Part shown: positions 9,440 to 18,483 of the stretch, piece by piece | Layout of the letters: each line of letters begins with the position of its first letter | Position numbering within the stretch: position 1 is the stretch's first letter | Assembly (NCBI GenBank): GCA_964465285.1 | Contig: CAYXJG010000004.1 | Coordinates: 1-37,327, forward strand | Length of the DNA stretch: 37,327 nucleotides | Direction of reading: 5' to 3' | From: an uncultured bacterium | GTDB taxonomy: Bacteria > Cyanobacteriota > Cyanobacteriia > CAKZMO01 | The notes under the pieces: generated by a model | The model's input: only the letters and a program-made list of their open reading frames with translations | Told to the model about the DNA's origin: nothing | Database searches by the model: none | Translations under genes and position numbers: made by a program

Positions 9440-10654
9440 CTATCCGGGCAATTCATCCAGCTCAGCGACAATTTCTCGGGATTCGTCCCCGCGCAACACT
9501 TGAATACGGAGAGTCTCTCCAACGGAACGGTCGGCGACTTCCTCTTGCAGATCTGCTGCTGTAGTCAAGGGCGTGCCGTCAATCTCGGTGATGACATCGC
9601 CAGCCCTCAACCCAGCCCGTGCTGCCGGGGAATTGGGAACGACGCGCATGATGAGAATGCCTTCATCCACAGTGGGATTCATGGGGCTGTTGGGGTCGTT
9701 TTTAAGCTGCTCACTCAGTTCGGGGGTGAGTTCCACCATTTGAACTCCCAGGTAGGTATGCTCAACCTTGCCTGTCTCGATAATTTCATCAGCAATCTCT
9801 TGCACTGTGTTAATCGGAATGGCAAAGCCAATGCCCTGTGCTCCCTGGATGATGGCAGTATTCATGCCGACCACCTTACCGGCGGTATTGAGCAGGGGGC
9901 CGCCAGAGTTGCCAGGGTTAATGGCGGTATCTGTCTGAATAAAGTTCACCCGCTTATCGGGAACGCCCACCTCGCTGCTGGTGCGACCCGTGGCGCTGAT
10001 GATGCCTGCGGTCACAGTGTTATCAAGCCCCAGAGGGTTGCCAATGGCGATCGCCCAGTCTCCAGGTCGCAGTTGGTTTGAGTCACTAACCGTTACCTTA
10101 GGTAAATCTGGATCATCAACCTTGATAACCGCGACATCTGTCGTCGTATCATAGCCCAGCACGTCACCGTTGATTTGGCGTCCATCTTTCAAGGTCACGG
10201 TTACCGTGTCCGCTCCTTCGACCACGTGGGCGTTGGTGACCACGTGCCCCTCATCATCCAGGATGAACCCAGAACCGACGCCTTGCTGGATCTGGTTGCC
10301 GGGGGGTATGGGCATGGAGTCCCCAAAGAAGCGTCGGAAGAGGGGGGAATTCGGAACCTGCTGGGTGACTCTGCGAGATGCGTCGATACGAACCACAGCA
10401 GTTCCTGTTTTCTCGACCACATCGCTGATAAAGCTACTGTTGATGGGTAGTCCCGTCACGACAGAACTGTCTTCAGTCACATCAGGAGATGCGGTTGAGC
10501 TGGTGTTGGGATTCGCAGGGGCAACGACCTCGGCGATCGCCTGGTCGCTGTTCATAGCATGCGGACTGGATGCCAGATAGCCCCCTGCGGTCGCAAGTCC
10601 AGCACCGAAGACAATGAGCGATAACGATGATAAGGATTGTTTGAAATTTGTCAT
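9440..10654 (-). CDS. HtrA/HhoA/HhoB-family serine endopeptidase with one PDZ domain
   Basis: GSGFI, VTNAHVV, DVAVIK, IQTDTAINPGNSGGPLLN; C-terminal PDZ; N-terminal signal or anchor. Confidence 0.95.
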   Translation of the reverse strand: MTNFKQSLSSLSLIVFGAGLATAGGYLASSPHAMNSDQAIAEVVAPANPNTSSTASPDVTEDSSVVTGLPINSSFISDVVEKTGTAVVRIDASRRVTQQVPNSPLFRRFFGDSMPIPPGNQIQQGVGSGFILDDEGHVVTNAHVVEGADTVTVTLKDGRQINGDVLGYDTTTDVAVIKVDDPDLPKVTVSDSNQLRPGDWAIAIGNPLGLDNTVTAGIISATGRTSSEVGVPDKRVNFIQTDTAINPGNSGGPLLNTAGKVVGMNTAIIQGAQGIGFAIPINTVQEIADEIIETGKVEHTYLGVQMVELTPELSEQLKNDPNSPMNPTVDEGILIMRVVPNSPAARAGLRAGDVITEIDGTPLTTAADLQEEVADRSVGETLRIQVLRGDESREIVAELDELPG

Positions 10655-10776
10655 ATGCTTTTCCTTTGGCGATACGTCGTTTTGAAATGTGTGGGTGCGA
10701 TGGTGTTGAGATGTGATTGGGATGCCTGCTGATGAAGCCTCCAGGTGTTATGGCACTTCGTTCTGCCTCTACCGAG

Positions 10777-10847
10777 TGCAGCGTCAAAATTAAAAATTAG
10801 GGTAAATCCTGGAGGGATTTACCCTAATTTCAAGAAATGACAGAGCA
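10777..10847. mobile_element. Family F7 element, inverted relative to 9271-9341
   Basis: CGAG|TGCAGCGTCAAAATTAAAAATTAGGGTAAATCCT-GGA-GGGATTTACCCTAATTTCAAGAAATGACAGAGCA|CTAG. Confidence 0.8.
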
Positions 10848-11029
10848 CTAGTTATGTTTTTACTTTAAGAAAGCGGTGTCAACGTCGTGTGACAGCCATG
10901 TGACATCTCAACCGAGAAAAAGGGTTTAGCGTATTCACAGCACTTGTACGCTGAGGCTAAACACAGCGCCATTGAGGAGTCGGCAATGGTCTGCCCTGGC
11001 ATCATTCCCTGGCATTACCCCCTTGGCAT

Positions 11030-11181
11030 GGGTGTATCCCACACGACTTGGCAAAGTTCTCAAACCCCTATCTTTGTGTGAAACTTGCCAAGTCGTGTAT
11101 CCCACTTTTGTTGGGTAGGCGGGCTGCGCCCGCCTACCCAACAAAACAAAATTAATCAATTTGCAAAAGTGGGATGCTCCC
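11030..11181. mobile_element. Family F2 element with a nested F1 copy
   Basis: GGGTGTATCCCACTTTTG...CAAAAGTGGGATGCTCCC flanked by 8-bp CTTGGCAT duplication; hairpin TTTTGTTGGGTAGGCGGGC-TGC-GCCCGCCTACCCAACAAAA. Confidence 0.85.
11042..11097 (+). mobile_element. Family F1 element, internally deleted (56 bp)
   Basis: Both TIRs intact, TATCCCA duplication, left stem arm and loop missing. Confidence 0.85.
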
Positions 11182-11207
11182 CTTGGCATTACTGTTGAAG
11201 AGAAACG

Positions 11208-11216
11208 TGATATAGT
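11208..11216 (+). promoter_or_regulatory. Putative extended -10 promoter for the riboswitch leader
   Basis: TGaTATAGT about 10 nt before the aptamer. Confidence 0.45.
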
Positions 11217-11225
11217 ATCGACTAC

Positions 11226-11336
11226 AAGCTGGGGGTGCCTTTCACCTAAATGCCTTTCACCTAAATGGAGGCTGAAATGGAGGCTGAGATTACACCCTTA
11301 GAACCTGAATCGGTTAACGCCGACGGAGGGAAGCGA
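11226..11336 (+). promoter_or_regulatory. TPP riboswitch (THI element)
   Basis: GGGGTGCC...GGCTGAGATTACACCCTTAGAACCTGAATCGGTTAACGCCGACGGAGGGAAGC has the GCUGAGA, ACCC, GAACCUGA and GxAGGGA conserved blocks in order. Confidence 0.9.
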
Positions 11337-11383
11337 GTTTTGTGTGGAACGAATTTTGTGTGAAACGAATTTTGTGTGGAACG
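11334..11383. repeat. 16-nt tandem repeat, 3 copies
   Basis: CGAGTTTTGTGTGGAA CGAATTTTGTGTGAAA CGAATTTTGTGTGGAA CG. Confidence 0.9.
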
Positions 11384-11706
11384 GAGGCGCTGCCCTAAGC
11401 TCTGGTGCTGGCTCTAGCGCATGTTCAGACAGGGCCTATGGATTGGGCGTGATGGGTTGGGCAAACGGCTTCAGCTTCTTGTTTAGGTAGGCTTGGTGTA
11501 GCTCGCGTTTATGCGCCTGCATCGAGGCAGCATCAAGCAGGGCTGGAATGGATGGTGTGTAAGCATCCACGGAGTCCTTCTCTCAATCCCCTTGGCCCAA
11601 AAGGAGGACAATCCGTTCCCATCGTCACAATTCAGCTCCCCCCGTCGTGTTTGCTGTGCGTATTGGTTATCGACCGCGCACGAATCACGAATTAAGGGGA
11701 ATAGTT

Positions 11707-13176
11707 ATGTCCATTCGCTCACTTGCGTTCATCATTACCCTGGTCACTGTCACCATCTTTGCCCTGTTTGGGCTGTTGGCGCTGCGGCGGCGATCGCTCG
11801 ATGTCGAGGAATTCATTAGCCACCGGAGTCAGGTGGGAGAGGGGATGGCGATCGCCACCATCGTCGCATCGGTGATTGGAGCTTGGCTGCTGCTGAGCCC
11901 TGCTGAGGCAGCGACCTGGGCAGGGGTGCCGGGCATCATCGGCTATGGGGTAGGGCAGGCGGCTCCGCTCATTGCCTTTGCCTGGATTGGGCCGCGTCTG
12001 CGGCAATTGATGCCTCAGGGGCACTCCCTCACGGAATATGTCTGGTACCGCTTTGGGGCGGGCATGTATAGCTTTACCGTCATCATCTCCATCTTTTATA
12101 TGTTCGTGTTTTTGTCCGCCGAATTGACGGGCATTGCCCTGGCGCTGAACTTGATCGGGGATATCCCGCTGGTGTGGACGGTGCTGGTGGTGTCTACAGC
12201 CACGCTGATCTACACCACCTATGGCGGGCTGGGAGCGACGATCTTTACCGATACGCTCCAGTTTGGCGTGATTCTGCCTCTGCTGCTCATCATCTTCGTA
12301 GTGATTATCAGCAATCTGGGAGGCTTGGGAGCTGCCTTTGCTCCCCTGACTGCCCCTGACGCGCCGCCCTTGCTCTCGCTCACCTTTGGCCCTGGGGTAG
12401 AGTTTGGGTTTGCTCTAATCATTGCCATTCTCACCGCGAATCTCTTTCACCAGGGGTTTTGGCAGCGAGTCTATGCCTGCCGGGATGCGAAGACCTTGGC
12501 GCGCTCCTACTGGATTGCAGGATTGGTCGTCATTCCGATGGTGATTCTCTCAGGAGCGTTGGGACTGATGGCAGCAGGGTACGGCGTTCCCCAGGAGCAG
12601 GCATCCGTCGCCCTGTTCGCCCTAGTGAATGAGGTCATGCCCACTTGGGCGCTGATGCTGGTGCTGATTCTGTCCCTGGCACTGGTGATGAGCAGCATGG
12701 ATACGCTGATTAACGGCATTACCAGCACCATTACCAGTGATCTGTCGAGATGGCGATCGCACCTCCCCTCTGGACAGCTTTTGCGGATTGCCCGAGCGCT
12801 GACTGTGATCGTTACCATCCCCTCGATTCTGATTGCCTCCCAGGGCTACAGCGTACTGTATCTGTTTCTCGTTGCCGATCTGGTCTGTGCGGGGGCTGTT
12901 TTTCCTGTATTCTATGGGCTGTATTCCAGGCAGTTCAGCAGCAACGCCGCGCTCATCAGTTCTGCCGTAGGCATTGTGGCCGGACTGCTATTTTTCCCAA
13001 AGCCTGATTTCACGCCCCTGGTGCCGATTCCCCTGGCAGGCAGTTTTTTGATGAGCTTTGGGGCAGCCCTGGTTATTTCGACAGGATTAGCCCTGATTTT
13101 GTCTCAAGTCTCTGGAACACGGCAAGCGCCCTATGATTTCTCCATTCTTGAGCAGCGAGTCCATAGCCTCAAATAG
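11707..13176 (+). CDS. Sodium:solute symporter, probable thiamine or thiamine-precursor transporter
   Basis: About 13 TM helices; SLTEYVWYRFG, YTTYGGLGATIFTDTLQF, QGFWQRVYA, ALVMSSMDT SSS motifs; AAGGGGA before ATG 11707; substrate inferred from the riboswitch. Confidence 0.88.
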   Translation: MSIRSLAFIITLVTVTIFALFGLLALRRRSLDVEEFISHRSQVGEGMAIATIVASVIGAWLLLSPAEAATWAGVPGIIGYGVGQAAPLIAFAWIGPRLRQLMPQGHSLTEYVWYRFGAGMYSFTVIISIFYMFVFLSAELTGIALALNLIGDIPLVWTVLVVSTATLIYTTYGGLGATIFTDTLQFGVILPLLLIIFVVIISNLGGLGAAFAPLTAPDAPPLLSLTFGPGVEFGFALIIAILTANLFHQGFWQRVYACRDAKTLARSYWIAGLVVIPMVILSGALGLMAAGYGVPQEQASVALFALVNEVMPTWALMLVLILSLALVMSSMDTLINGITSTITSDLSRWRSHLPSGQLLRIARALTVIVTIPSILIASQGYSVLYLFLVADLVCAGAVFPVFYGLYSRQFSSNAALISSAVGIVAGLLFFPKPDFTPLVPIPLAGSFLMSFGAALVISTGLALILSQVSGTRQAPYDFSILEQRVHSLK

Positions 13177-13272
13177 GTCTCGATGAACACTGAGGGACTT
13201 GCTGTACGCGAGCTTGCATAGACCCGCATCAATCATTCAGGAGGCAATTCTTCCAAATGCCCCCTTGAGATG

Positions 13273-13486
13273 CACGACTTGGCAAAGTTCTCAAATTCAC
13301 AACGAAAAAATAGGGGTTTGGGGCGCGTGGAGCGCGCCCCAAACCCCTATTTTTTCAGCAATTCTCATTATGGAAATGTAGGCGACCTTTTTGTCCCCTA
13401 CATTTGTACAAGTGAGCGCCTATAGGGCGCGAAGTTTCCCAAAATGAGAATTGCTGCTATTTTCTCGTGCAACTTGTCAAGTCGTG
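13273..13486 (+). mobile_element. Family F1 element with a nested F3 copy
   Basis: F1 termini with TGAGAT(G/A) flanks; right arm split by the insert. Confidence 0.88.
13356..13456. mobile_element. Family F3 element
   Basis: TIR CAGCAATTCTCATT/AATGAGAATTGCTG; flanks CTATTTTTT/CTATTTTCT. Confidence 0.85.
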
Positions 13487-13502
13487 TGAGATAACCACTC
13501 GG

Positions 13503-13907
13503 CTACCCTGAAACTCCAGCCAGTTCAGTTTCTTTCGCCATGCGCTCTCGGAGTTGCTGCATCAAGTTATCCGAATTCCGGTGAGCTTCCCACCGCCCCG
13601 ACCCATTCCCTGCAATGCTCCAGGTTCCCGACATAAAATCTTCAGTTTCAGCAACGGTGCCCGTGTAGGAAATGGGATAGGGCGTTGACGTCACATATTT
13701 TTTGCTAAAGCTGATGCGGCGTCCTGTCACATCCCCGCTGATTTGGGCTTCACCCAGTGGCCCATCATCCAGAATGCGCCCTGACAAACTGTTGCCTGCT
13801 TGCACCAGCGTTGCCTCAAACCGCGTTTGCGTCCCGTTCTCCCAGTATGTTCCGAGCCAAGTACCACTAATATCTGCCATCGGTGTTTGAACCTGTTGCT
13901 CAATCAT
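13503..13907 (-). CDS. Conserved hypothetical beta-rich protein
   Basis: MADISGTWLGTYW...ISFSKKY...YTGTV...MSGTW; the true start may be ATG 13880. Confidence 0.7.
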   Translation of the reverse strand: MIEQQVQTPMADISGTWLGTYWENGTQTRFEATLVQAGNSLSGRILDDGPLGEAQISGDVTGRRISFSKKYVTSTPYPISYTGTVAETEDFMSGTWSIAGNGSGRWEAHRNSDNLMQQLRERMAKETELAGVSG

Positions 13908-14029
13908 TGCTTATCTGTTTAGCAGACCCATACCAATGCTGAAGAGCATCGCCATTGACCTGCACTCTGAACCTGAATTGTAACGCCCCAGACAACCTGC
14001 GCGTCAAATCCAGTACAGCATCACAATGA

Positions 14030-14133
14030 TACGACTTGGCAAAGTTCTCAAATTCACAACGCAAAGATAGGAGTTTGGGGCGCGCTTCGCGCGCCCCAAA
14101 CTCCTATCTTTGCGTGAAACTTGCCAAGTCGTG
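14030..14133 (+). mobile_element. Family F1 element, full copy
   Basis: Perfect stem CGCAAAGATAGGAGTTTGGGGCGCGC with loop TTC; ACAATGA 7-bp duplication. Confidence 0.92.
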
Positions 14134-14285
14134 ACAATGAAAAACCAGGGCCAATCCATCTGGGACTGACATTTCTAAAATTGACAGGGCGTACGTTTGG
14201 TTGTTTGGCACAGGCGATATCTCAGCCCCTCCACGAGATTTTTAGTGTCGTATCATAGATTTGCACCACACGTTGGGTACTCTTA

Positions 14286-14382
14286 GGAGCAAGGATTAAA
14301 TAAAATCCAATTTTGGTGAAGCGGTGCGGCGATGCCGTACCGCTTCACCAAAATTTGGTTCAAACTATTTAATTCTCGTTCC
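14286..14382 (+). mobile_element. Family F5 element
   Basis: TTA|GGAGCAAGGATTAAATA...TATTTAATTCTCGTTCC|TAA; hairpin TTTTGGTGAAGCGGTGCGGC-GAT-GCCGTACCGCTTCACCAAAA. Confidence 0.82.
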
Positions 14383-14584
14383 TAAGGCTGAGTTTCTGGA
14401 AAAATTCTCCTGTGCAGAGCGTGCGCTTCTGGGAATAGTGAGCGACTGCTCTTGACCCTGAAGATTTGATCGATAAGATACGAGTAGCCTTCTGTGCTTT
14501 TGTAAAGTAGAGGTGTGGGCTAGACCTACACGTTAAGCATGTTCCATTTTCTGGCACTATTCACCACCCATCTCTCAGGAACCT

Positions 14585-17302
14585 ATGTCAGCTTCTTCCT
14601 CGCATTTGCCCAACTCTGACTCTCATCAACCTATGACCCATGAGGCGATCGCCGTTGACGCGACTGTCATTGATGTTGAAGTCGTTCCCGAAGCCGCACG
14701 CAGCACGCCACCAGCATCGACAGCGGAAGCAGCCGTACCAGACGCTGGCGAAGGCAAAGGTGGGCAGGAGAACACTCCAATGCCAAGTCAGGGAGGAGCC
14801 CTCACCACTACTAAGGGAAGCTTTTCGGCATTCTTAGCACCGCTGAAGCAGGACACCTTTAAGCAGGTGGTCACGGATGTTGAGCAAAAGCTAGAAGTGG
14901 TCAACCAAACCCTTTCAATGCTCGACTCCCTGCTAGATAGCCAGGGATTTGATGCCATCCTGGACGAGATGCTGCGGTCTATCACCCTGAAAACAGGGGA
15001 ACTTTTGAATGCTGACCGCACGACGATTTATTTGTTAGACGAAGATAAGAACGAACTGTGGTCAATCGTTGCAAAGGACGAGAAGGGTAATAACTTAGAA
15101 CTCCGGTTCCCCGCGACAAAGGGAATTGCTGGAGAATCTGCTACCTTCAAGAAGGTCATCAATATTCCTTTTGACTTCTATGATGATCCACGAGCAGTGT
15201 TCGCCAAACAAAAGGATCAGGAGATAGGCTATCGCACCTACACCATGCTAGTGCTGCCGCTACTGGATACGGAGGGAAATCTGGTTGCCGTTGTTCAATT
15301 GATCAACAAGCTTAAACAGGACTATGTTCCCCAAGCTCCCCTGGCAGAGAAGATTGATCTAAACGGCTTTACCCAGGCGGACGATGATTTATTCGACGAA
15401 TTCGCCCCCTCTATTCGCCTCATTCTTGAATCTTCGCGCTCTTTCTACAAAGCAACCCAGCGTCAGCGGGCGGCTTCAGCCTTGATGAAAGCGACTAAGG
15501 CGATGAGCCAGAGCAGCCTTGACCTGGAAGAAACCCTGAAGCGGGTCATGGACGAGGCGAAGGAACTCATGCAGGCGGATCGTAGTACCCTCTGGCTGCT
15601 AGACGAGGAGAAGGGGCAACTGTGGACAAAGATTCCTATTCAAGGGCAGCTCCAGGAAATCCGCATTCCCAGGGATGCGGGATTTGCTGGACAGGTTGCC
15701 CAGACCGGGGAACCCGTGCTGATTCCCTTTGACCTGTATGACCACGAGAATGCAGACACTGCTAAAAGCACCGATAAGAAGACAGGCTACCGCACCTGCA
15801 GCATGTTGTGTATGCCTGTGTTCAATGCAAAGGACGAATTGATTGGCGTGACGCAGTTGATCAACAAAAAGCGCCAGGGTGATTACCCCAACTATGATCC
15901 GGCTGACTGGCCTGATGCACCTGACTGCTGGAAGGCAAGCTTCAACCGCAATGACATGGAGTTCATGAAGGCATTCAACATTCAGGCTGGGGTTGCCTTG
16001 CAGAATGCCAAGCTGTTCCAGACGGTAAAACAGCAGGAGCAGATGCAGCGGGACATTTTGCGATCGCTCTCCAATTCTGTCCTCTCCACGGACAAGGAAG
16101 GGCGCGTCATCGCTGCCAATGAAAGCGCCCTACAGCTTCTAAATCTCCCTCCGGAAATCTCCATCGCAGGGCAGCATGTCAGGGATCTCATTAACATCGA
16201 GGAACGGAGCTTTGCTGAGTGCATTGACAGTGCCCTCCATCCCCAGAAAAAGCAAGACCGGGAGCAGTATTATCCGGAGCAGACCCTTGTATCGAAACCG
16301 GAGAATGCTCAGGCAGGCGAGCAGCACAGCATCAACCTGTCCATTAACTCTATTACCAACGTGGAAGACGCCAGTAATGTCCACGGGGCCCTAGTGGTGA
16401 TGGATGATATTAGCGATGAAAAGCGGCTGAAAAGCACCATGTACCGCTACATGAGCCAGGAAGTGGCGGAACAGCTTCTGTCCTCCGGGGAAGTGCGGCT
16501 GGGGGGCGATCGCAAGGACGTATCGGTGCTCTTCTCAGATATCCGCAGTTTTACCACTATCGCGGAGAGCATGGACGCCGAAGAACTGGTAATGATGCTA
16601 AACGACTACTTTGAGCTGATGGTGGATGCCGTTCTGGAACACAAAGGCACCCTCGACAAGTACATTGGGGATGCCATCATGGCCGTGTTTGGCTCTCCCC
16701 TGAAGCTAGAAGACCACGCCTGGCGATCAGTGCAGACCAGCATTGAAATGCGTCATCGGCTAGAACAGTTTAATGGCGATCGCCAACGCTGTAATCTGAT
16801 GCCCATCAGCATTGGCATTGGCCTCAACTCAGGTAACGTCATCAGTGGCAACATTGGCTCTAGTAAGCGCATGGAGTTTACGGCTATCGGCGATGGCGTT
16901 AACCTGGGTGCGCGGCTGGAAGGAGCAACCAAGCAATACGGCTGCGATATTGTGATGAGCGAAAACACCTATGAGCCCTGTAAGGACAAGGTTTGGGTGC
17001 GAGAGCTAGACCGCATTCGCGTCAAGGGTAAAAATAAGCCCGTTGGTATTTATGAACTGGTGGCATTGAAATCGGAAGAGGTTCCTGCCCGGCGTATTGA
17101 GCAGATTGAACGCTACCATCGGGGCAGGGAATTCTATCTGGCACAAAAGTTTACCAAGGCAATGGGGGCATTTGGCGGCATTCTGGAAGACATTGACCGC
17201 AACGACAAAGCGGCCCAGGTACAGCTCAGGCGTTGTCAACACTGGCTTGAAAATCCGCCCACCGGTGACTGGGATGGGGTGTGGTCGCTCACGGAGAAAT
17301 AG
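14585..17302 (+). CDS. cyaB: Class III adenylate cyclase, GAF-GAF-PAS-cyclase-TPR (CyaB1-like)
   Basis: Two GAF domains with QLINK...F...D motifs, PAS, FSDIRSFTT, DKYIGDAIMA, FTAIGDGVNLGARLE, WDGVW tail. Confidence 0.92.
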   Translation: MSASSSHLPNSDSHQPMTHEAIAVDATVIDVEVVPEAARSTPPASTAEAAVPDAGEGKGGQENTPMPSQGGALTTTKGSFSAFLAPLKQDTFKQVVTDVEQKLEVVNQTLSMLDSLLDSQGFDAILDEMLRSITLKTGELLNADRTTIYLLDEDKNELWSIVAKDEKGNNLELRFPATKGIAGESATFKKVINIPFDFYDDPRAVFAKQKDQEIGYRTYTMLVLPLLDTEGNLVAVVQLINKLKQDYVPQAPLAEKIDLNGFTQADDDLFDEFAPSIRLILESSRSFYKATQRQRAASALMKATKAMSQSSLDLEETLKRVMDEAKELMQADRSTLWLLDEEKGQLWTKIPIQGQLQEIRIPRDAGFAGQVAQTGEPVLIPFDLYDHENADTAKSTDKKTGYRTCSMLCMPVFNAKDELIGVTQLINKKRQGDYPNYDPADWPDAPDCWKASFNRNDMEFMKAFNIQAGVALQNAKLFQTVKQQEQMQRDILRSLSNSVLSTDKEGRVIAANESALQLLNLPPEISIAGQHVRDLINIEERSFAECIDSALHPQKKQDREQYYPEQTLVSKPENAQAGEQHSINLSINSITNVEDASNVHGALVVMDDISDEKRLKSTMYRYMSQEVAEQLLSSGEVRLGGDRKDVSVLFSDIRSFTTIAESMDAEELVMMLNDYFELMVDAVLEHKGTLDKYIGDAIMAVFGSPLKLEDHAWRSVQTSIEMRHRLEQFNGDRQRCNLMPISIGIGLNSGNVISGNIGSSKRMEFTAIGDGVNLGARLEGATKQYGCDIVMSENTYEPCKDKVWVRELDRIRVKGKNKPVGIYELVALKSEEVPARRIEQIERYHRGREFYLAQKFTKAMGAFGGILEDIDRNDKAAQVQLRRCQHWLENPPTGDWDGVWSLTEK

Positions 17303-17392
17303 GGATTAAATAAAATCGAATTTTGGTGGAGCGACGCGACATTGCCGCGTCGCTCCACCAAAATTTGGTTCAAATTATTTAATTCTCGTTCC
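17302..17392 (+). mobile_element. Family F5 element abutting the cyclase stop codon
   Basis: GGATTAAATAAAATCGAATTTTGGTGGAGCGACGCG...TATTTAATTCTCGTTCC|TTA; same orientation as 14286-14382. Confidence 0.82.
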
Positions 17393-17476
17393 TTAGAAGC
17401 CTTGATTTGGCAAAGCCTGATGTACAATCACAGCAAATATTGTGTTGGACAACCATGTTGCTAGGAGCTTAGGCCA

Positions 17477-17755
17477 ATGAATAAAGGCGAATTGGTAGAC
17501 AAGATTGCTGAGAAATCAGGCGTTACAAAGAAACAGGCTGATGCCATTCTCACGGCTGCCCTGGAGAGTATTATTGAAGCGGTCAGTAATCGACAAAAGG
17601 TAACATTAGTAGGATTTGGCACATTCGAGTCCCGCGAGCGCAAGGCTCGGGAGGGGCGTAATCCCAAAACGGGAGAAACACTTACGATTCCAGCAACGAC
17701 AGTACCGGCTTTCAGCGCAGGTAAGCTATTTAAGGAAAAAGTTTTAGAAGACTAG
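17477..17755 (+). CDS. hup: DNA-binding protein HU
   Basis: MNKGELVDKIA...VTLVGFGTFESRERKAREGRNPKTG...PAFSAGKLFKE. Confidence 0.97.
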   Translation: MNKGELVDKIAEKSGVTKKQADAILTAALESIIEAVSNRQKVTLVGFGTFESRERKAREGRNPKTGETLTIPATTVPAFSAGKLFKEKVLED

Positions 17756-17799
17756 TGCGCTAACGCAATGGGGCACATAAAAATTAAATCACCAGAGAT

Positions 17800-17836
17800 T
17801 GGGGAACAGGAGTATCCTGCTTCCCCTTTCTTTATT
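17800..17836 (+). terminator. Probable intrinsic terminator after hup
   Basis: GGGGAACAGGA-GTA-TCCTGCTTCCCC followed by TTTCTTTATT. Confidence 0.65.
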
Positions 17837-17940
17837 TACGACTTAGCAAATTTCAGGCAAAAATAGGGGTTTGGAATGTGCAGAGCGCGCCCCAAACCCC
17901 TATTTTTGCGTTGTGAATTTGAGAACCTTGCCAAGTCGTG
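17837..17940 (-). mobile_element. Family F1 element, reversed, partly decayed
   Basis: TACGACTTAGCAAATTTCA...GAGAACCTTGCCAAGTCGTG; flanks TTTATT/TCTATT. Confidence 0.85.
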
Positions 17941-18010
17941 TCTATTCTTCCTCTATCAGGAAGCACATGGCCTGCCCAACTTCCCAGGTACCCTAGATGG
18001 AAAGAAGCGC

Positions 18011-18379
18011 TTAGGCGATCGCCGCAACCTCGGTGGGATAGCCGACCGCTTTCCATGCGGGTAAGCCGCCCCGAAGCTCAGATACTGACACATATCCTAC
18101 CTCACGCAGCATTTCTACTGATACGGCTGTTTCTTCATCCGTTTCGCCGTAAATATAGATATCGCGCTCTTTTTCAAGATTAGATTCGACAGTGCCGACC
18201 AACGCACCTGCGGGAATAGAAACAGCACCTGTGATGTGTTCGGTGTTGAACGCTTTGCGATCGCGCACGTCAATGATAGTCAATGCGGGCTCTCCCCAAT
18301 CCAAACGGGTCTTGAGGTCTTGCACGCGGGACTGAGGCCGCATTGGAGAAGGAGTCGGGAAACCAGGGAAGATAGCCAT
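18011..18379 (-). CDS. Rhodanese-like domain protein
   Basis: LDWGEPALTIIDVRDR..FN.EHITGAVS, LRGGLPAWKAVGYP; no Cys anywhere, so probably non-catalytic. Confidence 0.88.
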   Translation of the reverse strand: MAIFPGFPTPSPMRPQSRVQDLKTRLDWGEPALTIIDVRDRKAFNTEHITGAVSIPAGALVGTVESNLEKERDIYIYGETDEETAVSVEMLREVGYVSVSELRGGLPAWKAVGYPTEVAAIA

Positions 18380-18483
18380 GTGTAATTACCATAAAATGTT
18401 CCTACCCTTGCATCTTAGCAACATTTTGTAAAAGTTTCAACATATTTCTTAACTAAAACCTGTTTGCCCAGTCTGCGGCGGCG

